Positions 30,423-39,805 of a DNA stretch of 64,000 nt are shown in pieces. The first letter of the stretch is position 1. Every line of letters starts with the position of its first letter. The stretch is from Candidatus Poribacteria bacterium (lineage in GTDB: Bacteria; Poribacteria; WGA-4E; PCPOR2b), in assembly GCA_965218095.1 (NCBI GenBank), contig OZ244587.1, positions 3,680,001 to 3,744,000 on the forward strand. The letters run 5' to 3'. A program made the position numbers and the translations under genes. The notes below the pieces were generated by a model. That model searched no databases. It was not told where the DNA came from and was given only the letters and a program-made list of their open reading frames with translations.

Positions 30423-30452
30423 GATATAAACAAAATTTACTGGTTTTGTCAA
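30423..30452 (-). promoter_or_regulatory. Sigma70-like promoter facing the candidate ncRNA
   Basis: TTGACA followed after 17-18 nt by an imperfect -10 (TTATAT/TATATC). Confidence 0.45.
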
Positions 30453-30473
30453 CCCTAAAATTCCGTTCTCCCT

Positions 30474-30502
30474 TTGACAGCAAACTGAATTTCTGCTATA
30501 AT
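30474..30502 (+). promoter_or_regulatory. Sigma70 promoter upstream of the potassium channel gene
   Basis: Perfect TTGACA-17-TATAAT with extended TG. Confidence 0.85.
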
Positions 30503-30632
30503 CATTAGTAAAGTTTATATTCCTGTAGGTGATTCGAGTTTTTCAATGGATGAGAATCCCTTCATCCTTGAGGGACGAGCCGTTTTCTTATTTGTTGCGA
30601 ATACTGTAGAGACTTGAGAGGGGGCAATACCT

Positions 30633-31724
30633 TTGTTATTGAAATTCTGGTTTCGCCGTTTACGCCGCACAACCCGTAATCGACATATCCGGCGCATTAT
30701 GGGAGTCGCCCTCATCGTTATGGTGTGTATTGTTCTCAATTCAATATGCTTCTACTTCTTTGAAAGACAAGAGAACAAAGAACTGACGCTCTGGGATTGC
30801 TTCTGGCTCAGTTTTACCACCATTACGACTGTTGGCTATGGTGACTACTCCGCATCAACTGTTGGTGGGCGAATGGCAACGATGATCCTGCTGTACGGGG
30901 TGGGGTTGGCTTCGTTTCCCTATGTAGTGACTCAAATTGTGGACACCACTGTCGAAAGGCACAACGACCGCCGTTATGGAAGTATTGATTGCCGCGACCT
31001 TGTCCAAGAGCACATCATCATCGTGAATTTTCCCTCTGAGCGAAAGGTTGTTGCAATCATAGAACAGCTTTCATCAGATCCGGTGACATCCCATCGACCG
31101 ATCGTGCTCCTCACAGATAATATCGAAGAGTTGCCTTTCAACCGTCCTAACGTCCATTTTGTGCGTGGCGCTCCCCTGAAAGAAGAATCGTGGGAAAGGG
31201 CGAACATTGAAAAGGCTTATGCGGCATTAATCCTCGCGCCAAAAATCGAAGAGAACGTCGCAGATGCAATCACAGCCTCGACTGTGTCACTCGTCGAGAC
31301 ACTGCATCCAGAGATCAGGACGATTGCGGAATGTAGTAGTGTCGAACACCTGGGTGTATTCCGGTCTTTCAACTGTGATGCGGTGATTCCCACGAATAAT
31401 ATCGCCGCCAAGGTATTAGCGCAAGAAGTCCGCGATCACGGACTTTCCCATGCAGTCGCAGAGTTGTTGACTGAATCGGAGGGAAGTGAACTGTATAGTG
31501 AAACCATTGATATTGAAGGGATCAATTTTGGTGAACTGCAATCCCGGCTTCTGGAGTTGAAGGCCGAAGTCATTTTGGTAGGCATCATCAGAGACAAGCG
31601 GCATCAGATTAACCCGCCACCAGATCTCCAAATTCAGCAGACGGATCGGCTGATTCTGATTGGCAATCGTCGCAGCGACTGGGAGTCGATCCATGAGAGG
31701 TTGTTAAACAGGCGTGCTACGTAA
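30633..31724 (+). CDS. Potassium channel with RCK (TrkA-like) domains, MthK-like
   Basis: TTVGYGD selectivity filter; C-terminal INPP...DRLILIG. Confidence 0.9.
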   Translation: MLLKFWFRRLRRTTRNRHIRRIMGVALIVMVCIVLNSICFYFFERQENKELTLWDCFWLSFTTITTVGYGDYSASTVGGRMATMILLYGVGLASFPYVVTQIVDTTVERHNDRRYGSIDCRDLVQEHIIIVNFPSERKVVAIIEQLSSDPVTSHRPIVLLTDNIEELPFNRPNVHFVRGAPLKEESWERANIEKAYAALILAPKIEENVADAITASTVSLVETLHPEIRTIAECSSVEHLGVFRSFNCDAVIPTNNIAAKVLAQEVRDHGLSHAVAELLTESEGSELYSETIDIEGINFGELQSRLLELKAEVILVGIIRDKRHQINPPPDLQIQQTDRLILIGNRRSDWESIHERLLNRRAT

Positions 31725-31753
31725 GCCACAAACAGCGAATGGTGAACGTTTGT

Positions 31754-32437
31754 TTATGCCTTCCTTTCTTTGATTTGGATGCCTGAGGTGGCGCCAATAA
31801 TGACCTTATCGGCTCGATTGACAAAAAGTCCGTTTGCAACGATACCGGGGATATTATTGATGGTTGGCTTCGTCTGTGCCGGGTCGGGAATGCTATCAAA
31901 AAAGCAGTCGAGAATATAGTTCCCGTTATCGCTGACAAAGGGCACATCACCGACGAGGCGCAGAGTTGATTGTCGGCAGATTCGATTAAGCGCTAGTTGA
32001 GTTGCCTGCCATCCAAAGGGAACAATCTCCACAGGCAGGGGGAAATTTGAGCCTAGGACTTCAACCAATTTACTTTCATCAGCGATGATGATCAGGTGTT
32101 TGGAGGCGTGGGCGGTGATCTTTTCCCGTACCAATGCTCCGCCCCTGCCTTTGATGAGGTCGAGGTCAGGATTGACTTCATCGGCGCCGTCGATAGTTAG
32201 ATCAACCATGGGATGCTCACCTAGCGTTGAGAGTTGTATGCCTTGCTCTGCTGCGATTTTTTCCGTCTGTTTCGAGGTTGGAATGCCGATGATATCGAGT
32301 CCGCTCCGTGCCATTTCGCCGAGCTTTAGCAGCGCATAATAGGTCGTTGAACCTGTACCAAGTCCGACGATCATTCCGGATTGCACTTCCTCGACAGCGT
32401 GCTCTGCAGCGAGTTGTTTCAGTTTTTCCTGATCCAT
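31754..32437 (-). CDS. rpiA: Ribose-5-phosphate isomerase A
   Basis: GLGTGST, DGADEV, IKGRGGAL.REKI. Confidence 0.96.
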   Translation of the reverse strand: MDQEKLKQLAAEHAVEEVQSGMIVGLGTGSTTYYALLKLGEMARSGLDIIGIPTSKQTEKIAAEQGIQLSTLGEHPMVDLTIDGADEVNPDLDLIKGRGGALVREKITAHASKHLIIIADESKLVEVLGSNFPLPVEIVPFGWQATQLALNRICRQSTLRLVGDVPFVSDNGNYILDCFFDSIPDPAQTKPTINNIPGIVANGLFVNRADKVIIGATSGIQIKERKA

Positions 32438-32694
32438 GTTTTCTCCTGAGAAACGGAATGTAGACGTTATCTTGCTCTCAAGGTAGCCTGAAGCAAGTCT
32501 TCCATCCAGAAGCGATTGGAGGGGTGTTGGGAGGACGTCAATCGTAACCCCACGGCTTCATAGAATACAAGTTTCGGTGCCGCCGAACTCCTATTGCCTA
32601 GTTTAGCACAGAACGAAGCTGGTTTCAAGTGTGAAATTTGCCGTTGATTTCTCAATTGAACTTTGGCGTCGGCTTACCTTCGAGGAGCAGCACG

Positions 32695-33885
32695 ATGAAT
32701 TTTTCAAGATCGACAATATCTTCCTTTACAATTCCGCCAACGGTTATCACCGGCGTTGGCGCATCGGAGCAGGTTGGCGAACAAGCCCAACGATTGGGAG
32801 CGCGTAAAGCGTTGGTTGTCACCGATCCGGAGATCGCCAAACTCGGTTACGCGGATGAGATTGCGCAGCGGCTTAACATCGCGGGGATTGATACTTCGCT
32901 TTTCACAGGGGTGACGCCGGATCCAACGCTAGAGAATGTAAACGATGGCTTGCAACAGTACCACGACGGTGCGTGTGAGCTTATCGTCAGCATCGGCGGC
33001 GGTAGCGCAATCGACTGCGGGAAGGGAATCGCCGTGAAATTGACGAATGATGGGGAACTTTCGGATTACATGGGGGTTGACAACATCCCCAATCCGGGTG
33101 CGTTACTGATCGCGATTCCCACCACCGCAGGCACGGGTAGTGAGTGTACGAAAGTCACCGTAATCACCGATACCGAGCACAACGTGAAGATGATGCTCAG
33201 TAGTCCGTATTTGCTGGCACAGGTCGCACTCATTGATCCACTGCTGTCGTTGACAACACCACCACGCCTGACTGCCGCGGTTGGCGTTGACGCTTTGACC
33301 CACGCCATTGAAGCTTACATCTCCAAACGCGCTCAGCCGATTACCGATGCGTTGGCGCTGCGAGCCATCCGCATGATGTCCGGTTCGTTGCGTCAAGCGT
33401 GGGCAGATGGCGAGAACATTGAGGCGCGGACACAGATGATGCTTGGGGCATCCATCGCCGGGATGGCATTCAGCAATTCTTCCGTCGCATTGGTGCACGG
33501 GATGTCCCGTCCAATTGGGGCTTACTTCCACATTCATCACGGGTTATCAAACGCTGTTTTGTTGCTTGATATTATGGAGTTTAGCGTCGTCGGATCGCCT
33601 GCCCGCTTCGCCGACATTGCAAGTGCGATGGGGGAACCGATCGAAGGCTTATCGGCAATGCGCCAGGCAGATCGCGCGGTTACTGCGGTTGAACGATTGA
33701 TTAACGATATTCAGATGCCGCGCCTGGGGGAGATCGGTATTGATCGGGACAAATTTGAAGCAGTTGTTGAACAGATGGCATCGGATGCTATTGCCAGCGG
33801 GAGCCCCGCCAACAATCCACGTCAGGCAACGCATGAAGAAATTATCGCGTTGTACCGGAAGTGCTTCGCGGAACGTGAAACGTGA
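32695..33885 (+). CDS. Iron-containing alcohol dehydrogenase
   Basis: GGGSAIDCGK, PTTAGTGSE, DALTHAIE, HHGLSN. Confidence 0.93.
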   Translation: MNFSRSTISSFTIPPTVITGVGASEQVGEQAQRLGARKALVVTDPEIAKLGYADEIAQRLNIAGIDTSLFTGVTPDPTLENVNDGLQQYHDGACELIVSIGGGSAIDCGKGIAVKLTNDGELSDYMGVDNIPNPGALLIAIPTTAGTGSECTKVTVITDTEHNVKMMLSSPYLLAQVALIDPLLSLTTPPRLTAAVGVDALTHAIEAYISKRAQPITDALALRAIRMMSGSLRQAWADGENIEARTQMMLGASIAGMAFSNSSVALVHGMSRPIGAYFHIHHGLSNAVLLLDIMEFSVVGSPARFADIASAMGEPIEGLSAMRQADRAVTAVERLINDIQMPRLGEIGIDRDKFEAVVEQMASDAIASGSPANNPRQATHEEIIALYRKCFAERET

Positions 33886-34073
33886 TGTGTAAAGCGTATG
33901 AAAACTGCAGATCAGGAACCTGGGAGGCGTTGGTTAAGTCGCGCGCGAAATTAGTGCTGTTACAGAGAATCAAACCAAGCGGCAAACAGGAGTCATCGCT
34001 GCCCTTGCACTTGTCAATTTGTACGTTTCCGAATTCGATACAGTTGCAAAGGTGAAGGCAGATCTAAGAAGGC

Positions 34074-34400
34074 GTGTTCCTCGTGGATGCCCGTGATCGC
34101 TTTCACCCACACATTGCGGTACATGAGCTAGAAGCATGGATTTTTGCGGACGATCAAGCGTTGTTTAACTGGCTTGGACACCGCGTCGGACCGTTTCCAA
34201 ACACGGAGGCCATCAACATACAAAATCCACCAGCCAAACAACTCAGGGATTTGACACGTCATTATGCTCGTCATAAAGTCGCCCAAAAGCGACTCATGTC
34301 ACAAAGGCTATTTGCACAAATTGATGTCGAAAAGGTCTATTCAAAATGTCCACATTTCAAGGGCTTTGTCGATAACCTACAACAAACAGCCAGGAGGTAA
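34074..34400 (+). pseudogene. C-terminal fragment of a DUF4276-like protein
   Basis: HELEAWIFAD...EAIN...PAKQL...CPHF; N-terminal half absent. Confidence 0.65.
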
Positions 34401-34402
34401 CT

Positions 34403-36031
34403 ATGGCATTTCCATCACACGGCATTACCCATCGTCCAACCGTGACTGGCACGCGCGGCATGGTTTCCAGTGCACACCCTCTCGCAAGTTTGGCGGGTGC
34501 GCGCATCTTACTTCAGGGCGGCAGCGCTTTTGATGCGGTGGTTGCTGTCGCGTCCACCCTCAACGTTGCCGAACCGTATATGTCAGGCATCGCGGGCTGC
34601 GGTTACATGTTGATTTATAACGCAAAAGAAGAGGCGATCCACGTCCTCGACTACATGGGGACAAGTCCATACCAGGCGACGCTCGACGCTTTTTCAGAGC
34701 CGGGGTCAAGTGGGGTCGGCATCCGATCAGGCATGGTACCCGGCGCTTGCGGCGGTTGGATGGCGCTCCTCGACCGATATGGGAGCATGGATCGCGCGGA
34801 TATTTTTACGCCCGCAATCGAACTTGCGGAGAATGGCTACGCGGTAACAGCTAAAAACGCTCAGTTCATGGAAGGTGCGGCGTCCCGCTTCTCGCCAACG
34901 GGGGCGAAGATCATCATGTCCCGCGGACGAACGCCGCGCCCGGGCGAAATCTTAGTTCAGAAAGAACTTGCCCAGACCTTCCGAAAAGTGGTTGAAGGCG
35001 GCGCGGAGGTCTTTTATCGCGGTGAAATCGCGCAGGAGGTAGATCGGTTTTTCCACGAAAACGACGGCTTAATCACGGCGAAAGACCTTGAGGATTTTCA
35101 GGTGGAATGGCACACGCCTATCTCGACGACCTTCAAGGGGTATGAGATCTTCTGTCCGCCGCCGCCGTGTTCAGGATTTCAGTATCTAGAGACATTCAAT
35201 ATCTTAGAAAATGATCCCCTCGGCGATATCGGGCATAACTCGGCGCAATATCTCCACCTGCTGATCGAAGCGATTAAACTTGCAAGTGCAGACCGTGCGG
35301 AGTATACATGCGCATCAAATCCGCCAATCACCGGACTGCTCTCCAAAGGCTACGCCGCCGCCCAACGCAAACGAATCGGCTACTGTGCGGCGGTGGGCGG
35401 CGGGGAGCGTTACACGAAAGATAAGTTGCTTGGCGAGGTGCTCCCGGGCGATCCAAGCGAATGGATCAACGAATGCACAACTCACTTCGATGTCGTTGAC
35501 GGTGAGGGCAACGCTGTTGCGGTAACACAGAGTCTCGGATCGGGATTTGGTTCTGGGGTAGCTCTCGGCGAGACCGGGATGTTCCTCAATAACTTCATGA
35601 ACTGGTTTGATCTCTTGCCAGAAAGCCCAAACGTGATTGCTCCGCACAAAAAGATCGAGATGTGCATGTCCCCCTGCCAGGTTTGGAAAGATGGCAATCT
35701 ATTCGCGGTGATCGGGACGCCGGGAAGTCACGGCATTTTGCAAACAACCGCGCAGATGGTTTTGAACCTCATCGAGCACGGCATGAATATCCAGGCTGCG
35801 ATTGAGGCGCCGCGTGTTCGAGTTGACCGTCCCGGACCCGACGTTAGCATGGAAGGACGCATTCCCGCCGAGGTTAGGAACGAGCTTACTGCGCGGGGTC
35901 ACGATGTCCATGTAATGCCCGACTGGACGGCTGGGGTGGGGGGCGGTCAAGGCATTGCCGTCGATCAAGGGGAAGGTTCCCTCATGGGCGGCGCCGATCC
36001 GCGTCGTGACGGATACTCGATCGGCATCTGA
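34403..36031 (+). CDS. ggt: Gamma-glutamyltransferase
   Basis: EPYMSGIAG, TTHFDVVD (Thr nucleophile), GTPG, GGADPRRDG. Confidence 0.93.
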   Translation: MAFPSHGITHRPTVTGTRGMVSSAHPLASLAGARILLQGGSAFDAVVAVASTLNVAEPYMSGIAGCGYMLIYNAKEEAIHVLDYMGTSPYQATLDAFSEPGSSGVGIRSGMVPGACGGWMALLDRYGSMDRADIFTPAIELAENGYAVTAKNAQFMEGAASRFSPTGAKIIMSRGRTPRPGEILVQKELAQTFRKVVEGGAEVFYRGEIAQEVDRFFHENDGLITAKDLEDFQVEWHTPISTTFKGYEIFCPPPPCSGFQYLETFNILENDPLGDIGHNSAQYLHLLIEAIKLASADRAEYTCASNPPITGLLSKGYAAAQRKRIGYCAAVGGGERYTKDKLLGEVLPGDPSEWINECTTHFDVVDGEGNAVAVTQSLGSGFGSGVALGETGMFLNNFMNWFDLLPESPNVIAPHKKIEMCMSPCQVWKDGNLFAVIGTPGSHGILQTTAQMVLNLIEHGMNIQAAIEAPRVRVDRPGPDVSMEGRIPAEVRNELTARGHDVHVMPDWTAGVGGGQGIAVDQGEGSLMGGADPRRDGYSIGI

Positions 36032-36067
36032 ATCCGGGGCTTCGCAATGGAGATGAGTTCAGGAATT

Positions 36068-36796
36068 GTGCGCCACGCAACGTAGGAATGCCAGTTGAAC
36101 TGGCTAGGACTACGGGGATGTCTTATACGTACTTGACTTAGGTATGTCCGGGTTAGGAAACGAAGAGCTGAAACACCGAAAGGCGGTGCCAAACATAGCA
36201 TATCGAGAAAAGGTGATTGAGGCGAAAATCGTTCAACGCTAGACGATCATCAACGTAAGATGGTCATGGTTAAGGCTTGATTACTTAAATCCTAGTCCTC
36301 AAGGCGGTAGAACTCACGGTAGCGTGGGAACGGTTGAAACGCTATCCCAGAAAATGATGAGGGATTGAACCCCTCTCTTATCACTCCGCTTTTCTGGCTT
36401 GCCCGTGATGAGTGGGATAAAAGGGACGAACGAGAAACCTAACCCCATCAGTTTTTTTTGAATCAACGAAAGCGTGGGATTGCCTAAGTTGGTTTTTTTT
36501 AGACTGATATGGTAACAGAGGCGTCGTGGCACCCAAAGTTTGGTCTGTAATGGACAAAGCAGTTGGTTTAATCCAACCTTTCCTGAAGGAATAAACCCAA
36601 GATAACGCGGGCGAACCCCCTCAGGAGAAGGGGGAAGGACGCTAGTCCAAACAAGGTAAAATAAGTCGGCGATGAACTGCCGAGCAGTTCGCTTGAGCCC
36701 AAAAGAGCCACTTTGTTTCGGAGTGAGAGCCATGTGCTCAGAAATGTAGCTCGCACGGTTCGGTGGGGAGGCAACGGTACCCCTCATCACCTCCAT
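36068..36796 (+). ncRNA. ORF-less group II intron
   Basis: 5' GTGCG; domain V GAGCCATGTGCTCAGAAATGTAGCTCGCACGGTTC (36727-36761); domain VI ending near ...CCAT; short domain IV without an RT ORF; EBS2/IBS2 complementarity. Confidence 0.88.
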
Positions 36797-36932
36797 TCAT
36801 AATCATAATTATGAGTGGAGTTATAAGGGATCACGTGCTTTACCCAATCATTGGTTCACTGCACTTCCGAACTCCTGAACTCGTAAACCCTCTTCGCAGA
36901 TTGGGAGGATAGGGCCGCACGGAGATACTCCG

Positions 36933-37445
36933 ATGAACAAGACGATAATTGGTGTCATGGGTGGCGGACAAGCCAGTGAACAGGATATGGAGGTCGCTTA
37001 TCGATTGGGCGGTCTCATTGCAAAGGAAGGTTGGGTGCTCTTAAATGGTGGGCGTCAGGCAGGCATCATGGAAGCATCGGCAAAAGGCGCTAAAGATCAG
37101 GGTGGATTGACGGTTGGCATTTTGCCTGATAAAAATCCCGGCAGCGCTTCACGGTATATCGACATTCAAATTCTCACGGGCATGGGCGATGCGAGAAACT
37201 GTATCAATGTTCTGTCCAGCGACGTCGTAATCGCTTGTCCTGGGAAAGCAGGAACGCTTTCAGAGATTGCCCTGGCATTGAGGAGCCGTCGGAAGGTGAT
37301 TCTGCTGAATTTTGATGTCGGTAAGGCATTCGATACATATCTGAAAGAAAGCCTGCTTTTCAAGGTCAAGAGCCCTGAAGAGGCAATAGCTAAAGTCAAA
37401 CAAGTGCTGCGATCCGAGGTCAACACGACGCTCCGAAATTCTTGA
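36933..37445 (+). CDS. LOG/TIGR00725 family protein
   Basis: NGG..GIMEASAKGA, TGMGDARN, GTLSEIALA. Confidence 0.88.
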   Translation: MNKTIIGVMGGGQASEQDMEVAYRLGGLIAKEGWVLLNGGRQAGIMEASAKGAKDQGGLTVGILPDKNPGSASRYIDIQILTGMGDARNCINVLSSDVVIACPGKAGTLSEIALALRSRRKVILLNFDVGKAFDTYLKESLLFKVKSPEEAIAKVKQVLRSEVNTTLRNS

Positions 37446-37451
37446 GTGTCT

Positions 37452-37512
37452 GTTACGCATCACGTTTTACGCAATACGCAATACGCATTACGTTGTGCGT
37501 TTTACGCATCAT
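37452..37512. repeat. Heptameric short tandem repeat tract (TTACGCA/TCACGTT family)
   Basis: ttacgca tcacgtt ttacgca atacgca atacgca ttacgtt; related tracts near 899, 6959, 24389, 25661, 33871, 44493, 49233. Confidence 0.75.
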
Positions 37513-37519
37513 CAACAAA

Positions 37520-38620
37520 ATGTCCAAAGGAAACATTACACTCGAAGCGGTTACAAAGCGTTTCGGCGATACCGTTGCTGTTGACAGCGTGTCGCTCCAG
37601 ATCCAAAGTGGTGAATTCTTTTCACTGCTGGGACCGAGCGGATGTGGGAAGACAACCACGCTGCGGATGGTCGGTGGTTTTGAATATCCAACTTCAGGAG
37701 AGATCTACGTTAGCGATCAACCGATGGGACGGACGCCACCTTTCCACCGCGATGTCAATACTGTATTCCAGAGTTATGCTCTGTTTCCTCATAAAACGGT
37801 CGCCCAAAATATCGCCTTTGGGCTTCAGATGAAAAAGCTTCCGAAAAAAGAGATCGCTGATCAGGTCGATCAATTTTTGGACATGGTTCGCTTATCGGGG
37901 TATGGACACCGGAAACCCAACGCACTATCCGGTGGTGAGAAGCAGCGCGTCGCGCTCGCCCGTGCGCTAATCAACCACCCATCGATCTTATTGCTCGACG
38001 AGCCCCTCGCGGCGCTTGACCTGAAGCTGCGGAAACAGATGCAGCTTGAACTTAAAGCCCTGCAACGTGAGGTTGGGATCACCTTTGTCTATGTCACGCA
38101 TGATCAGGGTGAAGCGTTGGCATTGTCGGATCGGATTGCTGTCATGAACATCGGAAAAATCCTTCAGGTCGGCACGCCTGCTGAAATCTACGACCAGCCA
38201 AACAACCGTTTCGTGGCAGACTTCATCGGAACATCGAATTTCTTCGTGGGAACGTTAGTCAAGGTCGGCGGTGAGTGGGCGGAAGTTCAATCAGACCTCG
38301 ATCCACAGGTCCGATTCGTCGGACGGTATAACGGAGCCCCCGATTTCATCGTGGGCGATGCTATCACCGTTGCGATTCGCCCGGAGCGGATTATGCTTAC
38401 TGGCAAGTTTGATGGAGAAGATGTCAACCAGATCAACGGGCGCATCCAGGATGAAATGTACCTTGGCACGACGATCCAATATACCGTCCTGGCCTTTGAT
38501 CACATTCCCGTAATTGTTCACCAACAGAACAGAGGACTGGGAAACACGGATCGGATACAGCGTGGCGATGTGGTTTACATGAAATGGCTCCCCGAAAATG
38601 CAACCGTCTTGAGAGGTTGA
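37520..38620 (+). CDS. potA: Polyamine-type ABC transporter ATP-binding protein
   Basis: GPSGCGKTT, NTVFQSYALFPH, LDLKLRKQMQLELK, C-terminal TOBE-like domain. Confidence 0.82.
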   Translation: MSKGNITLEAVTKRFGDTVAVDSVSLQIQSGEFFSLLGPSGCGKTTTLRMVGGFEYPTSGEIYVSDQPMGRTPPFHRDVNTVFQSYALFPHKTVAQNIAFGLQMKKLPKKEIADQVDQFLDMVRLSGYGHRKPNALSGGEKQRVALARALINHPSILLLDEPLAALDLKLRKQMQLELKALQREVGITFVYVTHDQGEALALSDRIAVMNIGKILQVGTPAEIYDQPNNRFVADFIGTSNFFVGTLVKVGGEWAEVQSDLDPQVRFVGRYNGAPDFIVGDAITVAIRPERIMLTGKFDGEDVNQINGRIQDEMYLGTTIQYTVLAFDHIPVIVHQQNRGLGNTDRIQRGDVVYMKWLPENATVLRG

Positions 38621-38629
38621 ACCATATTA

Positions 38630-38748
38630 TAAGTAATTTTCAAAAAGAAAGTAATGGTTTGTAGTGAGGCGATTTATCGCCGGCCCAAACGCGCAATGAA
38701 TTGCGCTACTACAAACGGAATGTATAGTTTAATACTGAAAATTACTTA
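38630..38748. mobile_element. MITE-like element with TAAGTAATTTTCA ends enclosing a REP-like pair
   Basis: Perfect 13-bp IR; internal gtttgtagt...actacaaac. Confidence 0.65.
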
Positions 38749-38861
38749 ACCTTTGGCTGCTAGTTTTAAAATGCCAAGCCAAGCATGACGGGCATAAAGC
38801 CCTAAACTACGATTCATCCTCTCGTAGCGTAGCTCCTTGTGGGCGTTGAGTTTGGTACGAA

Positions 38862-38971
38862 CTAGTGCAGCGTGGCGGAAGTCCTTTACCAGTTAGAAAC
38901 CGAGTTTTTGCCAAAAACTCGGTTTCTCCTCACTGACCAACCGGTTAATGATTTCTGCCGACGTGTCCTAG
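38862..38971. mobile_element. MITE-like element with CTAG-bounded imperfect ends and an internal palindrome
   Basis: ctagtgcagcgtggcggaagt ... atttctgccgacgtgtcctag; 16-bp arm agaaaccgagtttttg-c-caaaaactcggtttct. Confidence 0.6.
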
Positions 38972-39790
38972 GTTCTGTTGACATTTGAGTATAAGGTTGT
39001 GGCATAATAGAAGAATGATGCCAATAACCTTACCCGATGACCAATGGAAAAAGATATACTCGTTTCTTCTAACTTGTCCCACCATCTATGTTGGCAACGA
39101 AGCGACAACACGCCGCTTTATCGAAGCGGTTCTCTAGGCGACCCGTAGCGGTGCTCAATGGCGGATTCTGCCAGACACCTATGGTAAATCGAACACCCTC
39201 TATAAGCGTTTTGCTCGGTGGTGCGACAAAGGGGGCTTCACACAGATCCACCACCACTTCGCCGCCGACCCCGATATCGAGTCGCTTATTGTGGACAGTA
39301 CAATCATTCGAGCGCACCCGTGTGCGGCGGGCGCCTTAAAAAAAAGGGTGGCACTGAAAACCAAGCGTTAGGCTGCTCTCGCGGGGGATTCAGTACAAAA
39401 ATTCACATCACAGTTGACGGCCTGGGTAATCCCCTAAGAATACATCTGACGCCCGGTCAAAGAAACGACATAGCGGAAGCAGAAGGGTTGATACTTGGAT
39501 ATAAAAGTGAGTATGTGATTGGAGACAAGGGATATGACTCCGACAATTTTATCGCGGTTATTGAGGCGAATGGAGCGATTGCGGTGATACCGCCCAAAAG
39601 TCATCGTGTGGATCAAAGAGATTACAACAAACATCTGTACAAAGAGAGACATCGGGTTGAATGTTTCATTAACAAGATAAAATGGTATCGCCGCATCTTC
39701 TCTCGGTTCGAGAAGTTATCTATCTGTTATTTTGGATTTCTCAGCTTTGTCTCCACTCTTATATGGCTCCCTTGAAATGTCAACAGAACC
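38971..39790 (+). mobile_element. IS5-family element, second diverged copy; orfA has a premature TAG
   Basis: Same 16-bp IRs and TA flanks as 10657-12594; EAVL* versus EAVLW in the other copy. Confidence 0.92.
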
Positions 39791-39805
39791 TAGCACCATT
39801 GGTTA

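Noticed and set aside
36314-36796. 160 aa minus-strand ORF overlapping the intron
   Set aside because: Antisense translation of intron domains (PPNRASY from domain V); no RT motifs
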